Below are positions 19,392-31,429 of a DNA stretch of 64,000 bases, piece after piece; the first letter of the stretch is position 1; the number at the start of each line of letters is the position of its first letter. Under the pieces are notes generated by a model. That model was not told the origin of the DNA and ran no database searches. It saw only the letters and a program-made list of their open reading frames with translations. A program made the position numbers and the translations under genes. The stretch is from contig CAWJGT010000011.1 in assembly GCA_963842525.1 (NCBI GenBank), positions 198,002-262,001 of the forward strand, read 5' to 3'. This DNA is from an uncultured Holophagales bacterium (GTDB taxonomy: Bacteria; Acidobacteriota; Thermoanaerobaculia; Multivoradales; UBA5704).

Positions 19392-20783
19392 ATGTGCGGC
19401 ATCTTCGGCATCGACGGCGCGGACGACGCAGCAAACCTGACCTATCTGGGGCTCTATGCGCTCCAGCACCGGGGTCAGGAGAGCGCCGGCATCGTCTCGT
19501 GGGACGGCAGGCAGATCCACTGCGAGCGGGGCATGGGGCTCGTGTCGGACATCTTCAAGGAGAACGTGATCGCGCGTCTGCCGGGCCGGCGAGCGCTCGG
19601 GCACACCCGCTATTCGACCGCGGGCTCCAGCGTGGTGGCCAACGCCCAGCCGATCGTGGTCAAGACCTCGATGGGTCCGTTGGGCATCGTCCACAATGGC
19701 AACCTGGTCAATCCCAACGAGATCCGGCAGCGGCTGGAGAGCGAGGGCTCGATCTTCCAGACGACGAGCGACACCGAGGTGATTCTCCACCTCATGGCGC
19801 GCAACCTGCGCCGGGACGTCGCCGAGTCCTTCATGCTGGCCCTGGAGCACGTGCGGGGCGCCTACTCGCTCCTCCTGATCACCCAGGACTCCCTGATCGC
19901 GGCGCGCGATCCGAACGGCTTCCGGCCGCTGGTGCTGGGGGATCTGGACGGCAAGCCCTGCTTCGCGTCGGAGAGCTGCGCCTTCGACCTTCTGGGAGCG
20001 CGGGCAGTGCGCGAGCTGGAGCCTGGAGAGGTGGTCGTGGCCCGCGACGGCCGGGTCGAGAGCTACCACCTGGAGCAGAGGCCGGAGCCGAGCCGCTGCA
20101 TCTTCGAGCACGTCTACTTCGCCCGTCCGGACAGCCGGCTCTTCGGCGATTCGGTCGCCCAGACGCGGCTCAAGATGGGAGCTCGGCTGGCGCGCGAGGC
20201 CGCAGTGCCTGCGGACATCGTGGTGCCGGTGCCGGACAGCGGTCTCTACGCGGCCATGGGCTACAGCCGGGAGTCGGGCCTGCCGCTCGAATTCGGGCTG
20301 ACCCGCAACCACTACGTGGGACGGACCTTTATCGAGCCCAAGCAGTCGATCCGGAACTTCGGGGTGAAGATCAAGCTCAACCCGGTGCGCGAGCTGCTCG
20401 AAGACCGCAAGGTGGTGCTGGTGGACGACTCGATCGTCCGCGGCACGACCTCGCGCAAGATCGTCCGCATGGTGCGGGAAGGAGGCGCCGCCGAGGTCCA
20501 CGTCCGCATCTCGGCACCGCCGACCGAATGGCCCTGCCACTACGGGATCGACACCCCGAGCCGCGACGAGCTGATCGCCGCGCGCAAATCGGTCGAGGAG
20601 ATCCGCCAGTTCATCGGAGCGGACAGTCTCGCCTACCTCTCCCTCGAAGGCATGCTCGGCGCCGTCAGCGGTCCGCCGGACACCTACTGCACAGCCTGCT
20701 GGACCGGCAACTACCGCGTCCCCCTCTCCGCCTACGACCAACGCCAGGTCGAGCTGTTTCCGATTCGGGTGGAGGAGGGGTAA
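19392..20783 (+). CDS. purF: amidophosphoribosyltransferase
   Basis: N-terminal MCGIFG; QHRGQE; VDDSIVRGTT PRPP loop. Confidence 0.97.
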   Translation: MCGIFGIDGADDAANLTYLGLYALQHRGQESAGIVSWDGRQIHCERGMGLVSDIFKENVIARLPGRRALGHTRYSTAGSSVVANAQPIVVKTSMGPLGIVHNGNLVNPNEIRQRLESEGSIFQTTSDTEVILHLMARNLRRDVAESFMLALEHVRGAYSLLLITQDSLIAARDPNGFRPLVLGDLDGKPCFASESCAFDLLGARAVRELEPGEVVVARDGRVESYHLEQRPEPSRCIFEHVYFARPDSRLFGDSVAQTRLKMGARLAREAAVPADIVVPVPDSGLYAAMGYSRESGLPLEFGLTRNHYVGRTFIEPKQSIRNFGVKIKLNPVRELLEDRKVVLVDDSIVRGTTSRKIVRMVREGGAAEVHVRISAPPTEWPCHYGIDTPSRDELIAARKSVEEIRQFIGADSLAYLSLEGMLGAVSGPPDTYCTACWTGNYRVPLSAYDQRQVELFPIRVEEG

Positions 20784-20832
20784 GATCTCCCGGGGACGAC
20801 AAAGAGTCGTCCGAAAAGATCGGGAGGCTGCG

Positions 20833-21195
20833 ATGAGCATTCCTGAAAAGAAACGCAAGCCGCTAAGCGCCGAGGACGAGATCCGGGCTCTCCTTGAGGA
20901 GGGGAGGATCTACGAGGCGATGAAGCTTCTGGAGAGCGCCGGCGACCGGGTTCCTGCGGACTCCAATCTCCGTGTGATCCTTGCGCCCCCGCAGTTCAGG
21001 CAAGTCGATGAGTTGGACGTCGATCGTACGCCAGAATTCAACTGGCTCCGAGCGAATTGGGACACTTACCTGGGAAAGTGGGTGGCCTTGGTCGGAGAGG
21101 AGCTCGTCGCCTGCGAGGACTCGCTCAAGGAGCTTCTCGCCCGGCTGCATCAGCGCAAGTTCGAGCGCAAACCCCTTATCCATCACCTTCTCTAG
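20833..21195 (+). CDS. DUF5678-like small protein
   Basis: WLRANWDTYLGKWVALVGEELVA pattern. Confidence 0.7.
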   Translation: MSIPEKKRKPLSAEDEIRALLEEGRIYEAMKLLESAGDRVPADSNLRVILAPPQFRQVDELDVDRTPEFNWLRANWDTYLGKWVALVGEELVACEDSLKELLARLHQRKFERKPLIHHLL

Positions 21196-21198
21196 ACC

Positions 21199-23522
<2,324 letters not shown>

Positions 23523-23664
23523 GAGGCCTCCTCGGCAGGCATGCTATCCCGGGCCGGCTTCCGGTCGACCTCCGGTCGACTTCATCCGGGCCGCTCCAGG
23601 GTAGAATGCGCGCCGCCTGCCTCGACAGCCGGCGTGCTGGATTCCCCGGAAGGAGAATGGACGT

Positions 23665-25293
23665 TTGAACCTCGAGAATCGGAAGATCCTTGTGCTCGGA
23701 GGCTACGGCCTCGTGGGCATGGCGGTGTGCCGCGAGCTGCTCCAGCGCAGGCCCCGCGAGATCCAGATCCATAGCCTGAAGGTCGAAGAGTCGGAGAGGG
23801 CCCGCGAGGAGCTGGCCGCCGAGGCCGGGGAGACCCGCCTTTCCGTGTCGGCCGGCAACATCTTCGGGCTCGCCGAGACCGACGACAAGCGGGAGAAGAT
23901 CCGGGCGGAGCTCCACCCCCTGAGCGACGAGCACCTGTCTGTCTTCCTGCTCTACAGGCTGCTCGTCGCCTCGAAGCCCGACGTGGTCATCGATTGCGTC
24001 AACACGGCGACCGGCATCGCATACGGCAACATCTTCCGCTCGGCCGAGGAGCTGCTGCGGCAGCTCGACGGCGGCGCCATCGAGCCGGCCGGGGCCGAGG
24101 CCCTCCTCGACGCCCTCTACATGCCCCGCCTGATCCGGCACATCCAGGTGGTCTATCGAGGCCTGAGCGATGCCGGCACGCGCGTGTACGTGAAGATCGG
24201 TACGACCGGCACGGGGGGCATGGGTCTCAACATCCCGTATACGCACTCCGAGGAGCGCCCGAGCCGCGTCCTGCTGTCGAAGAGCGCCATCGCCGGAGCG
24301 CAGTCCATGCTCCTCTTCCTGATGGCGCGTACTCCCGGTGCCCCCGTCACCAAGGAGATCAAGCCGGCCGCGGTCATTGCCTGGAAGCGCATCGGCTATG
24401 GCCCGATCCCGCGCGGCGGGCGGCCCCTGCGGCAAGTGGAGACCCGGCCGCAGCCTCTCGGGGAGACTTTTTCGAGCGACGATCCCTCGGCCGGCCGCGA
24501 GCTCGATGCTCTCTATGAGAACGTTTTCATCGACACCGGCGAGAACGGGATGTTCAGCCTGGAGGAGTTCGTCGCGGTGTCGAGCGGCGACCAGATGGAA
24601 TTCGTCACGCCCGAGGAGATCGCGCAGTACACGGTGTTCGAGATCGAGGGGCGCCAGACCGGGCACGACATCGTCAACGCCTTGGACGGCGCGGTGCTGG
24701 GGCCCACCTACCGCGCGGGCATCCTGCGGCACCGGGCGATCGAGCTGATGAACGAGCTCGAGGCGCGGCACGGCGCCCACAGCGTCGCCTTCGAGATGCT
24801 GGGGCCGCCGCGCAACTCGAAGCTCCTCTTCGAGGCCCACCTCCTGCGCCTGGCCTTCGGCAGCATCAAGGACGTGCGCGCCGCCACGCCCGAGCAGGTG
24901 CGCGACGGGCTCGACCGCCTGGTGCGGACGCAGCCGGACGTGGCGAACCAGGTCGCCGCCGTGGGCATCCCGATCCTCCTCGATTCGGGCGAGGTCCTCC
25001 GCGGTCCGCGGGTCCTCGTCCCGGCGGGAGCCGAGAGCGAGCCGGTCACCCCGGAAAAGCTCGAGGCCTGGGTGCGGGACGGCTGGGCCGACCTCCGCCT
25101 CGCCAACTGCGCCCGCTGGATCGAGCGCTTCCGCCGCATCCACGAGGAGATCGAGTCGATCCCCGAGCACGACACGTCGAGCCGGTATCTGCGCAACCGC
25201 CGCTTCTGGCAAGGGGAAGCGACGATCCGGCCCGGCAAGATCGTCGGCTGGCTCCTCTCCGAGGAGGAGAAGGGGGCGCGGATCAAAAGGTGA
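23665..25293 (+). CDS. Rossmann-fold (SDR-like) protein of unknown function
   Basis: N-terminal ILVLGGYGLVG; IDCVNTAT; GTTGTGGMG. Confidence 0.75.
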   Translation: MNLENRKILVLGGYGLVGMAVCRELLQRRPREIQIHSLKVEESERAREELAAEAGETRLSVSAGNIFGLAETDDKREKIRAELHPLSDEHLSVFLLYRLLVASKPDVVIDCVNTATGIAYGNIFRSAEELLRQLDGGAIEPAGAEALLDALYMPRLIRHIQVVYRGLSDAGTRVYVKIGTTGTGGMGLNIPYTHSEERPSRVLLSKSAIAGAQSMLLFLMARTPGAPVTKEIKPAAVIAWKRIGYGPIPRGGRPLRQVETRPQPLGETFSSDDPSAGRELDALYENVFIDTGENGMFSLEEFVAVSSGDQMEFVTPEEIAQYTVFEIEGRQTGHDIVNALDGAVLGPTYRAGILRHRAIELMNELEARHGAHSVAFEMLGPPRNSKLLFEAHLLRLAFGSIKDVRAATPEQVRDGLDRLVRTQPDVANQVAAVGIPILLDSGEVLRGPRVLVPAGAESEPVTPEKLEAWVRDGWADLRLANCARWIERFRRIHEEIESIPEHDTSSRYLRNRRFWQGEATIRPGKIVGWLLSEEEKGARIKR

Positions 25294-25295
25294 CC

Positions 25296-25460
25296 TCACC
25301 CTGTCCCCCTCTCCCATCGCCCCCCCTGCCACCGGGAGAGGGGGGACGCTGATCAGGCGGCCTTGGCGAGCCCGAGCACAGCCGCTCCGGATGTGTTCCC
25401 CCTCTCCCGTTCGGGGTGGAGGGAGGGGGCCGCACGGGAGAGGGGGCAGGGGGAGAGGGC
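25296..25460. repeat. CCCCCTCTCCC/GGGAGAGGGGG palindromic repeat pair
   Basis: Two hairpins between convergent genes; the same family occurs at 29829, 41359 and 54558. Confidence 0.8.
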
Positions 25461-28400
25461 TACGGCACCTTCTTGGGCGGCACCGGCGGCGGCACCTTCT
25501 TCGGCGGGTTCTTCTTCAGCTCCTCCATCAGGTAGTCGATCGCCTTTTCGAGGCTGGGGTCGTGCCCCTTGGCGACCTCGTCCGGCCGGTCGATGACCTC
25601 GATGTCGGGCGCCACGCCCTCGTTCTCGATCGCCCACTGCCCTTCGGTCGTGTAGAACCGGAAGGAGGGAGCGCCGATCGAGCCGCCATCCACGAGGTCC
25701 GGTGTGAAGGAGAGGCCGATCAGGCCGCCCCAGGTGCGGGTGCCGATCAGCGGGCCGAGGCCGAGCTTCTTGAAGTAGAAGGGGAAGGCGTCGCCTCCCG
25801 AGCCCGCCTGACCGTTCATCAGCGTGACCTTCGGGCCGATATGGGAGAAGGCCGGCGTCGGTCCCGGCTCCAGGCCGCGCGTTGCCCAATAGCTGAGCCG
25901 CGGGCGGCTGATCAGGGCGACCATCCGGTCCGGGATGAAGCCTCCCTGGTTGTAGCGGTCGTCGAAGATCAGGGCGTCCTTGTTGGCCTGCGGATAGAAG
26001 TACTTGAAGAGCTCGCGGTTGCCCTCGACCGCCGTGTTCGGCAGGTGGATGTAGCCGATCCGGCCGCCCGAGGCCTTTTCGACCTTCTCGCGGTTCGACC
26101 TCACCCAGTCCAGATACCGCAGGTTCTGCTCGCTCTTGACCGGCCGGACGCTCTCTTCGTGCGCCCCGTCGGTCGCCGGCTTGTCGTTGACCAGCAACGT
26201 GACGACCCGGTTCGCCTTGTTCTGGAGCAGGCGATAGAAGTTGTCGACTCCCTTGGTAGAGTCGCCGTCCACCGCCAGGATGAAGTCTCCGGCCTCGACC
26301 TTGACATCCGGCTCGGTGAGCGGCGAGCGGAAGTCCTCGTGCCAGTTCTCCCCGGGGAAGACCTTCGCGACCCGGAAATATCCGGACGAGTGCGCCTCGA
26401 CCTCGGCGCCGAGGAGCCCGTTCTCCACCCGCCTGGGAGCCGCCTGGTCGCCCGGCGTCACGTAGACATGGCCCGCCGAGAGCTCGCCTCCGAGCTCGCC
26501 GAAGATGAAGTCGAGGTCGCTCCGGGTCGCCACGGACGGGAGCAGCGCTCCGTAGCGGTCGCGCAGTCCCTTCCAGTCCGTCCCGTGCATGTTGGGGTCG
26601 TAGAAGAAGTCGCGCAGGATGCGCCAGGCATCGACGTACATCTGGCGCCACTCCGCGGGCGGATCGATCCGCATCTCCAGCCGGTCGAGGGCCAGCTTGC
26701 CGCTGCCCGCCTTCTGCCCCGGCTTGGCGTCCACGATGCCGTAGTCGTTGCCTTGTTGATAGAGGATCTTCTGGCCGTCGGCGGACAGCCCGTAGCTCTG
26801 GATCCCTTCCAGGACCACTTCTTCCTTCTGGTCCTTCAGGCTGTACATCCTGAGCTGGGCCGGCTGGCCGACCAGGTAGAAGACGGCGTCGGGACCGACC
26901 GAAAGGTTCCGGTAGTCGCCCGAGGGGCCGGGAATCGCACGCACCCGCTGCTCGAAGCCGTCGACATCGATCTCGACCCGCACCCGCTTGGCCGGGGCGG
27001 AGTCGGCGGCCTCACTGCCACCCTTGGCGCCGCTTCCCTGCGTCGCCGCGGGAGGATCGGCAGCGTCGGAGACACCGCGGGGCGGCTGGGGGCCCTTGGC
27101 CTTGAGCGCGTCCTCGTCGCCCGTGGGCACCTCCTCATCGCTCTGCGGCAGGAAGAGGGCGGGGCCCTCCTTCTTGAGGACCGCCACGTAGACGCGGGTC
27201 GGGTCGGTGTAGAGGTAGTCGAACTCGAAGCCGCTGAAGGTCAGGTTGAAGTCGCGGTTCGAGAGGAAGAAGAGATAGCGGCCCTGGGGATCGAAGACCG
27301 GCTCGGCCTCGGACGTGAAGCCGCTCGTGAGCTGCCAGGCCTTTCCCTTGTCCAACGAGTAGACCCAGACCGAGGGAAGATCCGACGTGCCGACCTTGGT
27401 GTAGGTCAGCCATCGGCTGTCGGGTGACCACTGGTAGTCGAAGAAGTCGCTGCGCGTCCCGAGGTCGGCGTCGGTAGTCTTGCCGCTTCCCACGTCGAGG
27501 ATGCGCAGCCGGTGCTTCGTGTCGCTGAAGGCGAGCTTCTTCGAGTCGGGCGACCAGAGGGGAGCGAAGCGCCAGGTGTCGCCGTCCGTGGTGAGCCGGC
27601 GCTCGTCGCCCGAGCCGTCGCCTCGCCGCAGATAGACCTCGTACTCGCCGCTGCGGTCGGAAAGGTAGGCCACCCACCGGCCGTCGGGTGACCAGGCGGG
27701 GTCCTTCTCCCGGATGCCGGACGTCTCGGTCAGGTTGCGGATCTCCCCCTTCTGGGCCGGGACCGTGAAGAGATCGCCCCGGGCGTCGAAGACCGCCCGC
27801 TTGCCCGTGGGCGAAATGCCCGCGGACTGGATCTGCTCGCGGACGTTCTTGAAGTAGGGAAGGGTCTGCGGCCGGTCGCCGAAGACGCGGATCGGCACCC
27901 TCTGGCTCTGGCCGCCGGCCGGATCGAAGAGGTAGATCCAGCCGCCGTTCTCGTAGACGATCCGGCGGTCGTCGCCGCTCGGCCAGAGCACGTCGAAGGT
28001 GTCGTGACCCGTCACCGGGCGGACCTGGCGGCTCCCCAGGTCCAGGGCATAGAGGTTCAGCTTGAGGTCGGCTCCGCGGTCGGAAGTGAAGTAGACCGTG
28101 TTGCCGATCCACACCGGCTGGTTGTCCGTGCCTTCGAAGTCGGTGATCCTCTCGGCGCTGTCTTTCGCCAGGTCATAGATCCAGAGGTCCTGGGTCCGGC
28201 CGCCGCGATAGCGCTTCCAGGTGCGGAATTCGCGCATGATAGGCGTGTAGACGAGCTTGGTTCCGTCCGGGGAGAGCGTGCCGCTGGCGCTCTCGGGAAT
28301 GCGCAGGGGGACCTCCATGCCGCCGGCCACGGGCACCAGGAAGGGCCGGCCGCTGCGCTCGCTGTAGGGGACCCGGTTGCCCTTGAACAGGACCTGCTTG

Positions 28401-28783
28401 CCGTCCGGGGTCCAGCCGAGGACCTGGTTGTCGTAGCCGCCTCGCGCCGGCAGCACGCCGATGTCATTGCGGAACGTGAGCTGGCGCGGCGCTCCGCCCT
28501 CGGCGCTGATCACATGCACCTGCCGGTTGCCGCTGTACTGGCCGGTGAAGGCGATCCACTTGCCGTCCGGCGAAAACTTGGGGAAGAGCTCCTCCCCCGG
28601 ATGCGAGGTGAGCTGCCGGGCCGTCCCTCCCGATGCGTCGGCGAGCCAGATGTCGCCGCCATAGACAAAAGCGATCTTGTCCCCGGAGATGTCGGGGTAG
28701 CGCAGCAGGCGCGTCTCCTCCTGACCGAAGACCGCGGCGGCCGAGAGCAGCGCCGCGATCGCCATGAAAATCCGTCTGTGCAC
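25460..28783 (-). CDS. tricorn-like S41 family protease (PD40 propellers, PDZ)
   Basis: LLRYPDI; repeated FSPDG/WSPD; IGYIHLPN; DDRYNQGG; AGSGGD; GTRTWGG. GTG start after AAAGGAG. Confidence 0.93.
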   Translation of the reverse strand: MHRRIFMAIAALLSAAAVFGQEETRLLRYPDISGDKIAFVYGGDIWLADASGGTARQLTSHPGEELFPKFSPDGKWIAFTGQYSGNRQVHVISAEGGAPRQLTFRNDIGVLPARGGYDNQVLGWTPDGKQVLFKGNRVPYSERSGRPFLVPVAGGMEVPLRIPESASGTLSPDGTKLVYTPIMREFRTWKRYRGGRTQDLWIYDLAKDSAERITDFEGTDNQPVWIGNTVYFTSDRGADLKLNLYALDLGSRQVRPVTGHDTFDVLWPSGDDRRIVYENGGWIYLFDPAGGQSQRVPIRVFGDRPQTLPYFKNVREQIQSAGISPTGKRAVFDARGDLFTVPAQKGEIRNLTETSGIREKDPAWSPDGRWVAYLSDRSGEYEVYLRRGDGSGDERRLTTDGDTWRFAPLWSPDSKKLAFSDTKHRLRILDVGSGKTTDADLGTRSDFFDYQWSPDSRWLTYTKVGTSDLPSVWVYSLDKGKAWQLTSGFTSEAEPVFDPQGRYLFFLSNRDFNLTFSGFEFDYLYTDPTRVYVAVLKKEGPALFLPQSDEEVPTGDEDALKAKGPQPPRGVSDAADPPAATQGSGAKGGSEAADSAPAKRVRVEIDVDGFEQRVRAIPGPSGDYRNLSVGPDAVFYLVGQPAQLRMYSLKDQKEEVVLEGIQSYGLSADGQKILYQQGNDYGIVDAKPGQKAGSGKLALDRLEMRIDPPAEWRQMYVDAWRILRDFFYDPNMHGTDWKGLRDRYGALLPSVATRSDLDFIFGELGGELSAGHVYVTPGDQAAPRRVENGLLGAEVEAHSSGYFRVAKVFPGENWHEDFRSPLTEPDVKVEAGDFILAVDGDSTKGVDNFYRLLQNKANRVVTLLVNDKPATDGAHEESVRPVKSEQNLRYLDWVRSNREKVEKASGGRIGYIHLPNTAVEGNRELFKYFYPQANKDALIFDDRYNQGGFIPDRMVALISRPRLSYWATRGLEPGPTPAFSHIGPKVTLMNGQAGSGGDAFPFYFKKLGLGPLIGTRTWGGLIGLSFTPDLVDGGSIGAPSFRFYTTEGQWAIENEGVAPDIEVIDRPDEVAKGHDPSLEKAIDYLMEELKKNPPKKVPPPVPPKKVP

Positions 28784-28859
28784 AAAGGCTCCTTTCTCGA
28801 TGCCTTGTCGTCCGGGCCTATTCTGCCTCTCTCCGGCCCACGATGTAACATCTCTCGAC

Positions 28860-29825
28860 ATGGCCGGGAAAACCAGCAGGTCCGCCCTGGACGCCGAGAT
28901 CCAGGATCTCTACGCGCAGCCGCTCGCGGAGTTCACCGCGGCCCGCAACGATCTGGCGAAGCGCCTGCAGAAAGCGGGGGACCGCGAGGCCGCCACTGAG
29001 GTGAAGTCGCTGGCCAAGCCGACCGCATCCGCCTGGGCGGTGAACCGGCTGTTCCAGGAGGAGAAGGAGCGGATGGCGGCCCTGCTCGCCGCCGGAGCGA
29101 AAGCCCGGGACGCCCTGCGGCACACCCTGGCTCACGGCGAGGCCGAGGCCCTGCGGGAGGCCCTCCAGGAAGAGAGGGCCCTGCGGGACGACCTGCGCCG
29201 CCGCGCCGGCAAGCTCCTCGGACGGGCCGGCCAGGCGATCCTCGACCGCGTCGGGACGAACCTCGACGCCCTGGCGCTCAGCCCGGCCGCCGCCGGCGCC
29301 GCGGAGCGCGGCTGGCTCGACGTCGACCTCGACCCTCCCGGTTTCGAGGTGCTCTCCGGGCTCTCGGTCCCCGCAGCTCCCAGTGACCGCCGCGGCCTCC
29401 GGCTTGTCCCGTCTCCTCCGGCGAAAAAAGAGGCCCCTGCGCGCAAGCCCGAGCCTGCAAAGGCGGCCCCGGCGCGCGACCGCGAGGCGGAGAAGCGGGC
29501 TGCCGAGGAGGAGAAGCGCCAACGCCAGGCAGAGGCCGCCCGCGAGCGGGAGGAGGCGCGTCTGCGCGACGAGCTTGCCCGTGTCGAAGAGAAGGCCGAG
29601 CGCGCATCCGCCGAAGAGCTCTCGTTCCGCCGCGAGGCCGAACGGGCCGAAAAGGAGGCCGCCGAAGCCGAGAAGGCTGCCGCGGAGGCTGCCCGCCGCG
29701 CCGAGGCGGCCCGGCAGGCGGCCGAGCGGGCGAGCCAGCGGGCCGAGCGCGCGGCCCGGGAGCTCGAACGCGCCCAGGGCCATGTCGAGGCCGCCCGCCA
29801 GCGGCTGGCTTCGCGCGGGGACTGA
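28860..29825 (+). CDS. hypothetical protein with Ala/Glu/Arg coiled-coil tail
   Basis: DLYAQPLAEFTAARN...KPTASAWAVN N-terminal domain. Confidence 0.75.
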   Translation: MAGKTSRSALDAEIQDLYAQPLAEFTAARNDLAKRLQKAGDREAATEVKSLAKPTASAWAVNRLFQEEKERMAALLAAGAKARDALRHTLAHGEAEALREALQEERALRDDLRRRAGKLLGRAGQAILDRVGTNLDALALSPAAAGAAERGWLDVDLDPPGFEVLSGLSVPAAPSDRRGLRLVPSPPAKKEAPARKPEPAKAAPARDREAEKRAAEEEKRQRQAEAAREREEARLRDELARVEEKAERASAEELSFRREAERAEKEAAEAEKAAAEAARRAEAARQAAERASQRAERAARELERAQGHVEAARQRLASRGD

Positions 29826-29828
29826 GAG

Positions 29829-29980
29829 CCCCTCACCCCCCTGACCCCCCTCTCCCAACCGCCCTCCCTATCCCCCGGGAGAGGGGGGAAGAGGCACTGC
29901 CAGGAAGTTTCTTGGGCGGGGCTCCCCTCTCCCGGAGGGCGTGAGGGCGGTTGGGAGAGGGGCCGGGGGTGAGGGGCCAG
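29829..29980. repeat. palindromic repeat pair (CCCCCTCTCCC family)
   Basis: CCCCTCACCCCC..CTCTCCCAACCGCCC / GGGCGGTTGGGAGAG..GGGGGTGAGGGG. Confidence 0.8.
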
Positions 29981-30137
29981 GGCTCGCGCAGGACTTTCCA
30001 GACACCCTCTGACACACCGGACAGGCCGGACACGCCGCTCCGGACGCGCCTGACAGGGCCCATTTCGCCAAAGATCCGCCGCAGATCCATGGCACCGCCA
30101 TTGCTCTTCAGGCCCGTATCACGCAGGAGGATCGTCC

Positions 30138-30596
30138 ATGGCGAAAGCGGCAGTCTGCGAGCAGATCACCATCTCGGGAGTGCCCGGCGTGGTACGCGAC
30201 ATCCAACGGACCGGCAGGATCGACTGGCCGGCGCTGCGCCGCTGTCTCCGCGCGGCGAGCGGCAACGATGCGGTCGAGGTCCTGGGCTGGACCGTCAACC
30301 ACCACGATGGCGAGCTCGGGATGGTCTGCCGGGTGGTCCCCCTGGAAGCCTCGTCCCGCGTCTCGTTCCTGGTCTTCGGCCTCCTCTCCCTCACAGAGGG
30401 AGGGCCGGTCTGTGCCTCCTTCGTCGATATCGACCGAGGAGCCCCGCCGCCCGGGACCTCCGTCACCGGCCTCGCCTGCACGAACCGCTTCGACCGGGAC
30501 GTGGACGGCGTGATGGTCCTCAGCCTCATCCTCGGCATCGTCGAGACCGAGGCGGGCGACGAATTCTTTGCGTTCGAGGAGTACTTTGAGGTGTGA
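30138..30596 (+). CDS. hypothetical protein
   Basis: RBS AGGAGG; 152-aa ORF with typical codon usage. Confidence 0.65.
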   Translation: MAKAAVCEQITISGVPGVVRDIQRTGRIDWPALRRCLRAASGNDAVEVLGWTVNHHDGELGMVCRVVPLEASSRVSFLVFGLLSLTEGGPVCASFVDIDRGAPPPGTSVTGLACTNRFDRDVDGVMVLSLILGIVETEAGDEFFAFEEYFEV

Positions 30597-30644
30597 AGGC
30601 GCGGCTCGCTCAGTGCTGCCGGGGGTGCTAGAATACGGCCCCTC

Positions 30645-30905
30645 ATGAACACAGCACCGGCACTCGCCTATCCTCACGTTTCAACGGATTCCCAGGTGAT
30701 GAGCGGGAGACCGTGCATCGCTGGCACCCGCGTGCGCGTCATGGACATCGTGGGTGCATACAAGGCCGGTGTGCCTGACGAGCAGCTTCAGGAGTACTTC
30801 TCCTCGCGCCCCTTGACGCTGAGCGAGATCCACGCTGCGTTGGCCTACTACTACGACCACCAAGAAGAAATTGGAGGCGATCGAGCAACTGGCCCAGGAA
30901 GATGA
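30645..30905 (+). CDS. DUF433-domain protein; 3' end probably disrupted; no partner toxin seen
   Basis: GRPCIAGTRVRVMDIV...LSEIHAALAYYYDH. Confidence 0.8.
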   Translation: MNTAPALAYPHVSTDSQVMSGRPCIAGTRVRVMDIVGAYKAGVPDEQLQEYFSSRPLTLSEIHAALAYYYDHQEEIGGDRATGPGR

Positions 30906-31429
30906 TCCTTTTGCCTACGGGTACCGATTCATTTAGCCAGACCGAAGCGAGAGCTTACGCCTTTCTTGCGCTAAGATGGCTTCCATGCAAGCCGCCGAGC
31001 CGGAAGCTCCATACCCCAGTCCTCGGTCCATCTTCGAGCCGCTCCTCGAAGAGCTGTACAATCCAGATGCTCCGATGCGGACAGACTCACCTCAAGACCG
31101 TCAGGAAAGCATCGAAGCTGCCTTGGCGGCGGCTCTCTCGACGCAGCTCCAACGGGAGTCCGAGCGCTTAGGGCTGCCGCTTGCACCGGCGCGCATCGAG
31201 CGCGCCAGCTATGGGCTCCTCGAGATCGCCGGCTCTGCCAGGAGTGGTCTGCAGACCAGGAAGGAGCTCTCCGCTCCATGGGTCTTGCAGACTGGTGAAG
31301 ACTTAGCCCCACGACTATCTCCACGCAGTACCGGAAGCCATACGACGCGACCTCGGGCAGGTGGTGACCCCTCAACCGATCGTCCGCTACATCCTGCGTG
31401 CAGCGGGTTATCGGGAGGATGGGGACATT

